Source of the DNA: Amoebophrya sp. A120
Lineage: Eukaryota > Protista > Dinoflagellata
Reading direction: 5' to 3'
NCBI GenBank assembly: GCA_905178155.1
Contig: CAJINV010000005.1
Location: 7,779,987-7,843,986, forward strand
Length of the DNA: 64,000 nucleotides
Position 1 is the stretch's first letter. The number at the start of each line of letters is the position of its first letter. The translations under genes were made by a program, and so were the position numbers. This document shows positions 11,936 through 23,900 of this stretch, piece by piece. The notes below the pieces were generated by a model. That model saw only the letters and a list, made by a program, of their open reading frames with translations. It ran no database searches and was not told where the DNA came from.

Positions 11936-14900
11936 TTACAAAAACAAAAGAAAAATACGGCCTCCGGTCGCGGGGTACAATTCGTTCTGAATCAACGCGT
12001 CCTTCCAAGAAATCACGTAGCCGGTCTTCTCTTTGGGTTTCATGCACCCCTTGCGGCAGCAATTCAAGTCGGTTTTGCAGACAGCGTCGCTGTCCCCATG
12101 GTTGTCGCACCACGTGACTACCGTGCCCATAGAACCAGCCCCATGTTCGGGAAAATACGCGTCCGGATTCCGCCGATTCTTTTGGTAAAAAGGCCGGCTC
12201 TCTTGGTCCGCGTTGTGCGAACCGCACGCGACGTTCTCGCACTTCGGCCAACACCACGTGTTATCGTAGTACCGCCCGGTTCCGTAGCTCGGTGCGCTTG
12301 CCGGCCAAAGGTGTTTCAGCACAAGCGGGACGCTCCCGTCGTTGGCACTAATGTGCCGCAGTTCATCCAACCCCGGCCTGCTTGTGCACGCCGTGCACTT
12401 CTGCGCGTGCGGGGCCGGGCAGTTCGTGAGTACTGGATCTAATGTACCCCGGGTACAAATGCACTTCGGGTGACAACCATTCGTCGGGTCCTCTTGCAAG
12501 TTTTGGTTCACCCCGCTGCATTTAAACCGCAAGCCTGTGTTTGTTTTTGCTTGGAAATCCACGGTGTTGCAGGAGAAAGAATCGGAGAAGTACACCGTGG
12601 CGCTCGCGGACTTATTATGCATTGCAAATATGTCTGGGTCAGGAAACATGTAAACTTCTGATGCGCATTTGAGACAAGACAAAAATCTGTCATGCATGAA
12701 ACGCAAAAGTTGCTCATTTCTTGTCACCAAAAGAGGGGTCTTGTCATGCGGATTAGGCATCCTCGCCTAACCTGCTCAAAACCTGCGTTGCTAGGACTTG
12801 CATGCTAGACCTTCTGTGTCATGCACAAACAGCATCACACTCTTCCAGACCCAGACATATTTGCATTCGATACTTATCCTCACCGTGTAAATTCCCACTT
12901 GCCCGAAACCCGCCCCCAGGGTAAAACGCCGTATTTATGGCGTTCTCAAACGTTACAATCTCAACTGTTACACGATTTGTCATGCAAAATCAACATCAAC
13001 ATCCACAGGGTGAAGCGACTTCGCATGACAAATTCCCGGAGGGCTAAACAGCATTTAAATAAGTGCGGAATATGTAATGCTAGAGGCGCAATTGTCCCCC
13101 TTTGACTTTTGCTATTCTTGCATTACAAATTCATGTAACAGTTGAGAATGTAACAATTGACAGTCCCATAGTATTCTTCACCAGCTTGTCCCAATCTTGA
13201 CTCGGGTATTTTTGCCCGTTGATAACGTACCGGACCAAAACCGATTGCGAACTCGATGGCTTCTTACACCCCTGAATGCAACAGGTATTTGTGTCTGCCG
13301 CATTCCCTTGGCAGTCATTGGTTGCGCAGAGAATTCCGCCAGCATTCGGTCGTTGCAAATACCGATCGGCCTTGCTCGTATCCGTTTGGCAGGCTCGTCC
13401 GTAAAAGCACTGCTCCCGACACCCAGTTAACGCCAACCCGTTCTTCGGAGCGTTGCAGGCGTAATGGGCTGTTCCGGTGTGCGTGGAAGCGCAGACCAGG
13501 TTGCTGCTCGAGGTACGCGCCTTATCGCAAGAAAAAACTGTTTCGCTGTGAACTTGTGATGCAGAAAATAATGGAACACAGAACTATTTGTCTTGCTACA
13601 CCTGCATAGAGCATTGGAGTTCCAACCGTGTTTTTCCCTATGGGAAAAACGCGCATGGCAAATTTTCTGTGCCATGCGTAGCAAACTTGTGATGCAGATC
13701 TTGCAAAAACATTACAGTGAAACAGTTTTTTCTCGTGATACGCTTGCGCGTCAGGCGGGGCCGAGTCCAACAGGTTCCGCCACTTCGCGTTGCTCGAGAT
13801 TACATAGCCTTTCGGCACAGTCGTCACGGATTTTCGGCACCCGCGCCAGCAACAGACATTGTCCCGGTCCCCCGCGCCCGAGCACAACGGGTTCCCGCAC
13901 TGACTGTTGACCCTCGCTGGGTTGGCGGAATAGAAGTGGTCCAGATTGGACGAAGAGGTTATGAACTGTAAAAGTATCGCACTCGTATAAATGCATTACA
14001 AATTTCCTCAGCATGAGACATAAAATTTGTAATGCGGATTTGGCTTCAGAACAAAATTTGCGAACGCATGTTTGCAATTACTACGAGTACGATACTTTTG
14101 CACAGGATAGAGGTGAAGCCAGCACAAAACCCCCGATCCGATTCCGCTCGCGAGCAGGTTTCCGTGCAACAGGTGGCACGATCTACTGCGTTGTGGTCGC
14201 CACCATTGATGAATGAACTGCAAAAGTATAGTATCGCACTCGTATAAAAAATGCATGACAAATTATTCCCTCAGCATGAAAATCATATGCGGATTTAGCT
14301 TAAGAAAAAAGTCTGTAATGCGTAATTGCAATTACTACGAGTACGATGCTTTTGCAGTTCGTATGATGTCCCGGAAACACGGCCAGGACACGCACTGGTA
14401 GTTTTGCGGCGAGCTCCGAACTTTGAACCCGGTGTGCACCTGGTTGGGAACCCCGCTGAACCCGGTCAATTGGCACGCCGCACCCTGAGTTCCCAAAGAC
14501 CTGCACTTCATCGCGCAGCATGTCGCGGTGTCGTGATTTATCCTGAGTAAAAATCTTCCCACACCAGAGTCAAGATGGAAAATCCACTAGACAAATCAGC
14601 CACCTCTGGTTGTTTCGCATGACAAGGTTATCCTCGTAGAAGTGGAATCCTGTTTAGCTAGTTCCGAAGCATCACAGACGTAGCATATCATGCTCATGCT
14701 GATTCTAGCATCACAAATTCCACAACATGATTAGATTTGAAAATGGCTCTCGTGGGGCTCTGCATGAGAAACTTTTTTAGCATGCAGATTTGCATGACAA
14801 CTCTGGGGTGGAGACATTTTTCCTCAGGATATGATTGCGCGAATGTTCGCACACGTTGTCCACGCAGGTATGGTATGCATTGCGAAAGCATCGTACAACT

Positions 14901-17900
14901 AGTAGTGATTGCAATACAAATTCCCTCCGCATTAGAAGAAATGGAATTTGTAATGCGGATTTACCGTAACATCTGGATTTGTAATGCATAACTGCAAACA
15001 GTACGAGTCCGATGCTTTTGCATTGCATATATCGGCCAAATTCGCGGCGTCCCGAATTCCCGCCCAGCCGCCCCAGCTTATCAAATGCAAATATGTCTGG
15101 GTCTTGTCATGCAGCTTTTGCATGACCCATGAGGTCTGTGATGCATGCCCTAGCAACAGAGATTCTGCGAGGGCTTTCTGATGCTCCTACCGCATGAGAA
15201 ATGCCCTCCCCGCGTAGCACAAATTGCACCTCTTTTGCTGTTCATGCAATATAGATTTTCTGTAGAGTCCCAAAGCAGCATGACAAGTTGCATCCTTCCA
15301 GATCCAGACATATTTGCATTAGATACAGCTCTTGCCCTCACAATGGCCCTTGGGAGCCGAGTGGCCGCATATGACCTGCAAAAGTATCGTACTCGTAGTC
15401 ATGCATTTCTTAAGGTAAATCCGCATTACAAATTTCATTTCTCATGCTGTAATGCTAAATCATATATACGAGTGCGGTACTTTTGCAATTCATACTGCAC
15501 TTCATCAAACAGCATTTCTGCTCGTCGGCCGAGTTGTAGCCGCCCACGCAGCGATTTTTGCCGCAGTGCCCCGCGTTCGTATCAAAAGTAAAAATGTCTG
15601 GGTCTGGTGGAAACTTGTGATGCTGGGTTGCGTCTCATGATGAGGCTACAATTGCTGGCTCAGCATGACAAGTTTCTGAGCTCCTAGGTGTTCTTGCCTA
15701 TTCTGCATGACAAACTGCGCTTCTGCATCTTCACAGAAAAACGGAGCTCTTGGGTATTAACGTGCATGACAGATTTAAGAGTCATGCCAGACAAGCATGA
15801 CAAACATTCTTCCAGACAAGAATTCTTCCAGACAAGAATTCTTCCTGACCCAGACATTTTTGCACTTGATAGTTCGGCTTCAATTGCAAGTTGCCGGAGC
15901 CATTGCAGGCGTGGGCGTGGTATGAATTGCAAAAGTCTCGTACTCGTATTGCAGTCATGCATTACAAGTCTTTTTCTTAAGGTAAATCCGCATTACAAAT
16001 TTGGTTAACAGACCAGAATCTCAACGTTCTTGTCTCAACGTTCATGAGGCCGACGGGCAATCGTCTCAACGATTGCCCGGCGGCCCCAAACAACGCTCGT
16101 CGGCAGCGGCGGAGAGGTACGCCAGCCGGCCGGCCGGGGAGGTCGGCCGGCCGGCCAGCGGCGGAGAGGTCGTCGTCGTCGGCCAGGGCAGCCGCCGCCG
16201 GCCGGCCGGCCGGCGGCGGCTGCCCTGGCCAGCGACCAGAACCCCAAACCCTAGACCCTAATCCCTAACCTAAACGGTGCCGAAGTTGAGGCGTCGGTGT
16301 CAACGTTGGGGCGTTTTGTCTCAACGTTGAGACAAATTGGCGTGGTTGAGATTTTGGTTTGTCAACCAATTTTATTATTTCTCATGCTGAGGAAATTTGT
16401 AATGCATTGATACGAGTACGATACTTTTGCAATGCATACGTGGTTGCAGGTCTCCCGGCACCCGTCTATTTTCACTTCGTCGTTGGGGCCCAGACACCGG
16501 TACACCGCGCCCGCGGAGTTCCCGCCGATTGAAACGCTGGTCTGCCCCGTGCCTCATATGGAGCTCCCAAACGCTACATTCTCAACTGTTACATGTACTT
16601 ACATGAGTTTGTATGTAATGCAAGAATGGCAAAAGTGAAAGGGGGAAGCAGCTTGCGCCTTTTGCATTACAAGTTTGACGCCGATCCAAAAGTTATCTAG
16701 CTCGTCGAGAACTTGTCATGCGAAGCAGCTTGATGATGTAGATATCGATGGAGATTTTGCATGACAAATCAGGTAACAGGGGAGAATGTAACGCTTGAGA
16801 ATCCCATATCGCAGCGGAGCATGTTGTTGTTCCTCGTCCAGCCTGCGTTGTTGTCCGGCCGGGCGTCAGCAAGCAGGTCCTTCCAGTTCGCGAGCTCCAT
16901 GGATTTTCCCGGTATTGCAAGGAAAAATCCACCCTCCCCACATTGAAAGCGCATCCGTCTGAAAATTTGCGCCGCAGATTTCTGTCTTGCAAGAGGGCAA
17001 ACGTAGAGAATCCGCCGCGTTATGCAGGCACTCTGTCATGCTGTAAGGCCTACAGGGCAGACGTCTGCCATGCGAGACACCTACACCAAAAGGCCCCTGC
17101 CTAGGCCTACGATCTGCGTGCAGTCCTGTACCGCAAGACAGGTTTGATTTCTGTACACAGATTGCGCATCACAGATTTCCGTTTTGATGTGGGGAGGGGA
17201 AGTTTTTCCTTTTGATACCCGGTAGCGAGTAGCCGTACCGGGTGTTCCAGCTGATGCCTCCCCCACTCTGCGTGGAGGACCGTATGGATTGCAAATATGT
17301 CCGGGTCTCGAAACTTGTAATGCTGAACGGTCATGATTGAGTGCGCCTGTAAGTGCAGTGAAGCATGACAAATTTTTCGAACGCTTTCTCATGCGCAGCA
17401 CGCATTACAAACTGCGATTTTGCATGAAAAAAACGGGATGCGTTTGCTCTTGACTTGCTGCTTATGCAATACAGATTTTCCAGGAGTGCGAGACATGCAA
17501 TACAGGATCAACCTTTCGTTCCAGACCAAGACAAATTTGCACTGGATAGACCACGGCGCGGAGCAACCCTTATCGCAACACGTGCTTACGTCGACACCGT
17601 ATGAAAGCCTCAGAACGGAAATCCTCAAAGTGGAAATAATTTGTGATGCATGAAATGCAAGGCAAAAAAGAGTGTATTGCAGAGGACACAACGGAGACCG
17701 ACTGTTGTCCTGCTAGGGGTGAAGAATTGGAATGCTGCTTAGCACGAGAGAAGGGCACCCCTTTGCCTTAATCTGCATGACAGACATGCTTTAAGGGCCC
17801 GGTAGATTTGTCATGCGCCGACTACACATGGCGTCTGAACTGGAATCGCTTTTTTGCATTACAAATTATTTCCACTTTGAGGATTTCCAACCTGAGGGCT

Positions 17901-20900
17901 TCATACACCGTTCGCGCCGGGTCCGTAGCCGCAGTTGAACCCCGCGCAAAGAACCTTATGGATTGTAAAAATGTCTGGGTCTGGAAGGTTGGAACTTGTA
18001 ATGCTAACTTTCCACACCTAGAAAATCTGTATTGCATAACCGACAAAAGTCGCAGCCTCTTTTGTCATGCAAAAACGCAGTTTCTCATGCGGATTGCCTA
18101 TGAGAAAGCGTTTTGGAAAGTTGTCATGCCGGACTGCATTCGGAAGTGTTTTCATCATGCACATTTTAGCATCACAAGTTTCCAGACCCAGACCTTTTTG
18201 CATTTCTTTGATAAATCTTTGCGTCGCCGTGTTTCAGGAAGTGCTGCCGCTCATTGGAACTCCCGAATTTTTGTTTGTTGCATATGCAATACAAATTTGC
18301 CGTACATGTTGTACAGGATGCATCACAAACTTGAACCTCCCCAATTTGATGAACGAGCGTTGCTAAACTAGGATCGAAGCCAAGTTTTGTCACGCAGAGA
18401 CCGCATTGCTAGTACGTGTACGGGAAATTTACGTGTGGATATTGCACCAGGACATGGTACAGGTCTGTCGGCAACACGCGGCCGCATCCCCAGGCACCGT
18501 GCTCAAGTTGCAGTCGTCCCCGTTGCTCTCACATTCCGCCCCATCGTTCCCGGAACGCTGTACTCGGCCCGTGCCACATGTGGAATTATCAAACAGTACG
18601 TTGCTAGCTGTTGCGCGAATTCGTGATGCAAGGATAGCAAAAGCACAAGGGAGAGCTTGATCTTGATGCGCGTCTCGCATCACAAATTCGGCACATATTT
18701 TCATGCTGATTGGCCCCTCGAGGATTTTCCATGTGGAGTAGGTTGATCGTGTGGCGGCTCATGGTATTTTCGCACGACAAATAATCAACACGCAACAGCA
18801 AACAATGTAACGTTCAAGAGTAGTCCCATACCACAGGACCCGATGTTTGGAAACGTGCACTTTTTTTTGCAGCACCTCTTGTGGTCTTCCGTATTCTTGT
18901 TGCACTTGTTGGTCAAACAATAGTTCGATGGGTCTGTGCGAATCACGTACTGACTCTGGAGATTGGCGTATGCGAGTACACAATTTTTCCCCCTCACTAG
19001 TACTATAGCATGAACAGCAACACAAGCAGTGGCGCAAATGTCGTTTTGGCATGACAAATCTAGCGCGCGGACTGTGTGTACTAGTGCGCTTTATCGAGCG
19101 GCTCCGAGAACTTGTCATGCATGTGGTGCCATCATCATCATCATCATTTAGTGGACACCCGCACCCAGCGCCACAGGGCAAGGATCCCCTCCCCGGGGGG
19201 TGGGCGAGGAAGCACTTTCGGCGACCTCATCATACAAAAGCCGAGCGCTACCACAGCAAGTGCCAAAAGGCACGGAGTGGATTTGGTATTTTTCATGACA
19301 AATGAGGGGGAGAGGAAGTTGTGCCCTCTCATAGCTCGTCGTCCGTGCAGAATGCCGTGGTCATCTCGCTGCATTTCTCCCGGCAGTCCGTATTGCGAAT
19401 TTCCAACCGGCCGCCGGGCGACGGGCACTTGTAGACCGGGGAGGTCATCTGCACGTGCGTGTCTGTGTTACATACCAGGTACTGAGAAGTCTTCCAATTA
19501 TTGTCCCCGGGGAAAGCGCCGTCGCTTCCCTGCTATGAATTGCAAAAGCATCGTACTAGTAGTAATCGCATCACAAATTTGCTCAGCCTGACAAATGGAA
19601 TTTGTCATGCTGATTTACCTTGAAAAAGAGATTTGTTCTGCATACATGCGATTACTACGAGCTGTACGATACTTTCTGCACAGCATACCTGCTCTCGCAG
19701 TTTACTTCCGTCAATCTCGTACCCATGCAAATCGCTTGGGTCGTGGGCGCACTTGCGAACACAGCAGGCGCATCAACTGCGAATGTGTCTGGGTCTGGAA
19801 GAGTGCCAGACTTGTCATGCAGGTTTTCCATGACCCATGAGGTCTGGTATGTAGGACATAGCATGACAGATTCTGTGAGAGCTCTATCATGCCTATCCTG
19901 CATGAGAACAAACTGCCTCTCGATTAGGTCAAAAGTGGACAGCTGCTTTTGGCAATCATGCAACACAGATTTTTACATGATTCAGATCTAGCATGACAAG
20001 ATGCTTTGTTCCAGACCCAGACATTTTTGCATTTGATAAGGTGTCAAAATCTACATGCTTGAGGCACCGGTTATAGCTGCACACTGATGAAGCAGTCTTG
20101 GTCTCTATCCTGAGTAAAAATGTCCCCACACCTGAGTCAAGATGGGAAATCTGCTAGACAAATCAACCAGCTTTGGTTGCTTGGCATGACAAGTTTGTCC
20201 CCGTAGTGTCATCCTCTTTAGCTAGTTCCGAAGCATCACAGATCTAGCATATCATGCAGATTCTAGCATCACAAATTCCAAAACAAGATTAGAAAATGCT
20301 TCTCATATAATAGCTCCGCAAGCGAAACTTTTTTGGCATGCAGGTTTGCATGACAACTTTAGGGTGTTTTATGTACTGGAAAAGACCAAAATTAAAGCAC
20401 AGAGAAGTGGGGACGTTTTTACTGAGAATAGTCGGAAAATCCGAATCCGTACCGCAGATCCCGGGGTCCCGCGCCGAACCCGCGCTACACTTCTCCACAC
20501 ACGTTTGCGGATCCAAAAGCAGCGGTTGCGGTTGGTTGCTCCCGCTGCATTTTACTTTCCTATTCGTGCCCTTGTTTTCGTGCGTGGCGGAATTGCACCA
20601 GAGCATGTTGGTCGGAACGTTTTGGTAAGTAGATACGCCTGGATAGCCCAGCGTGGCGTGCTGTCCTGAGTAAAAACGTCCCAACCCCGAAGTTCGAAGA
20701 TGAGAAATCCGCAACACAAACCCCAGAGCTTTGGGAGTCGCGCATGACAGGTTCCTGTCTGCAGTCTAGCGGTGCTCAGCAAGGACAGCCGCATCACAAA
20801 GACGCAGAAGTCAAAGTCTTATCCTGTTATAGAGGATCACAAATGCCAGAACACTACTAGAAGAAATGCCTCTCACGGGGATGCGCATCTCAAGTGTTGC

Positions 20901-23900
20901 AGTAGTTGCAAATCTGCATCACAACTCTGGGGTGCGGATGCTTTTACACCGGACACGTGCTCCCGAAGAACCAGCCAGTTGTTGCCAGCGACTTGAAAAC
21001 CGTAGCTGTTTGTAGACGACGGGTCACTGCAACCTATGAACTGCACAAGTATGGTATCGCATTCGTATAAATGCATTACAAATTTCCTCAGCATGAGAGA
21101 ATGAATTTGTAATGCTGATTTGCCTTGACAACGAAATTTGTAATGCAAGATTTGCATTCATACGAGTACGATACTTTTGCACAGGATACATCCCTGCACG
21201 CAACAGTTCTCACGCTCCTTCATCTGCAAAGCCTGGTAGCTATCCAAGAAAAATAAATGTTGTTAGTGTAAATTTGTGATGCGCAACATTCAAGCTGATT
21301 GCGTCTGTCATGCTTGGCATGCATCGTAGGGCTCCTTAGAGGGCGTTTTCGCGTAGTATCTGCGCATGACAGGTTTTTGCTGCCATGCGAGAGATATTTG
21401 TCATGCTAATCCTCCAAGAAAGTTACACCTACAGTCGTGTTTTTTTCTTGCATAGTAGCCGCACGGCTCGTAGTAGCAACGGATCGAGGCCGCGGTGTCC
21501 TTCCGCACCCAACCAGTCCCCCAGATTATGCAGTGCAAATATGTCTGGGTCTGGAAGCTTGTGATGCTAAAGTATGGATGAGTCTGGTGCTTTCAAGTGC
21601 AACCAAGCATGACAAGTTTAGTTGACGTCGTCTGATGCGTAGCACGCATGACAAACAGCGCTTTTGCATGACAAAAAAAGTGGCGCTATTGCTGGCCATG
21701 CAATACTGATTTTTCAGGAATGTAAGACACGCAACACAAGTTCCACTTTTGCAGACCCAGACATATTTGCATTCGATACAGATCGCGGAGTTGCAATTGA
21801 CGGTGTCGCAGAAACCGTGATTGTCTTCGCAGCAAAGCCGCTTGTTGCTGCGGTCCCACCAGTTAGTAATCGAGTTGTACCAATCTTTCACCGCATCGCT
21901 GGGAAACCTCGTCACGCCCTGCGGAGCATTGCCCGTCCCGAGGCAGCCCTGCGTGAGGCAGGTCAACTGGTTCGCATTCGGCTTTAAATGCTGTTTCGAC
22001 GGCGTAAACAAGTCGCGCCCACACACCGCCTCGTCGTCCGAGCACTTGCCGCAGTTCGAAAAGTCGTCTCGCTTCTCCTCTACTGTGGTTGAGGCCTGGA
22101 GCACATCGATATTGTCCTTGTTACTTTCGCTCAGCACCCCCAACGACGAACCACAGTCCAGGTACCAGGTACCCCGATAAGGATCCTTCATGATCTGCTT
22201 GTACCGCGTCCGTGTACTGACCTGCACCCCGCACCCAGAGGTCCACCCCGTCCAGTATGGCGTTCTCAACTGTTACACTATCAACTGTTACATGAATGTG
22301 TGATGCAAGAATGGCAAAAGTCAAAGCAGGGAGGTTCTTGCACCTGTAGCATTACAAATTTGGCACAGGTTATTTAGGTGCTGTTTTTTTAGCCTTTCAA
22401 AAATTTGTCATGCGAAGTAGCTTCACCTTGTGGATGTTGATGTTCGTTTTGCATGACAAATCGTGTAACAGCTGAGGATGTAACGTTTGAGAGTCCCATA
22501 TCCAGCTCGTCCATTTGCACACACAGGTCGGAAAACTGCAGGACGCCGTGGTATGAGCAAAATGGGCATACTCCCAGTATGGCGTTCTCAAATGTTACAT
22601 TCTCAACTCGTACATGGTTTGTCATGTTGGAAGGCTAAGGGCTGGGCGTCCCCTCGTAAATTAATTCGACAAACAGTAGCCTTCGGTCCTTCGGTGTGGC
22701 ACCGCGCAAGCACGAATACCGGCGGAATGGTGACGACCATAAGGGTCAGGCCTCATAACCGGTAAACTCTAGAAGAAATTATTGGACAACGCGATTTCTA
22801 TCGAAAGACAAGCACAACAGCATCTGGGACGGCCGCGACGACAGCTGTGTGGATATCTGGATAGAAATAGCCCTGTGCAAAAACTTTTCCTAGCACCGAG
22901 GGATTAAAAGAAAAGTAAAAAAAAACGATGAAAAACAGCAACTAAGACACAGCCCCACCTACGTCGAAAAAATCACCCTAAAAGGTGGTAGCACCAGTAA
23001 TATCAGTAAAGGTGTCCTGAACACGAGAGTGTGCGGGTGAAGACAATACCCTAGGACTAGCATGCAAAAGGCCAACGAAACCGGACGTGGAGACAGTCCG
23101 AACAACAGCACCAGGGCGGGCCTGGGCGGAAAATGCATGACAAACACCGGAAGCAGAAACAGATCATGACAAGGAAAGGCCATAATGATACTAAAGGTGG
23201 CACCAGGGTGGAAACATAAATGTTGGTCTTGTTCGTCTCCTTGGTCTCGTTCCCACAGCCCCAGTAAAAGCTGTTACATGGTTTGTCATGCAGAATAATT
23301 TCCATCATAATTAATCGACGCGATCAAGCTACTTCGCATGACAAACTGCCGAAATGCCAAACAGGCTTACAATCTGTGCCAAATCTGTCATGCAAGATGC
23401 GGAGGGTCACGGCTTTCATTGAGCTGGGCGCCTCAGATGAAAAAAGTCTTCCGAATTTCTTCCAATTTTTTGAGATTTTTTTTTACAAAAAAAATTTGCA
23501 ATTTTTCGCTTTGCTTTGCATTAGGAGAAAGGTTGCGACTCACGTCGTCCGGTGAATTTCTAAGGCGGCTTCGCCTTCCCACCTCCTCTGTTGAGTCGAA
23601 GCTGTGTGGTATGCTGCATCGATGCCATTCCAAGTGGTATGGTGGACTCGTGAAACACTCACCAAAGCAAGCATCAACTTTTCCTCACAAAAAGTGCTCA
23701 TTTTTGGAAGCCAAAAGTGACCACTTTTGAGCTTCCAAAAAAGTCTCTTGCTTTTCCTCCTCGATTTCGCCTTCCGACCTTGCATACCCAAAAAAAAAGT
23801 CTAGAAAAAAGTCTCCTCTCCCACTTATATTCTCAATTATTGCGGGTCTTTTTCGGTTTCACCTTTCAGAAAATCGAGAGACTTTTTTTTTGAGGTAAAA

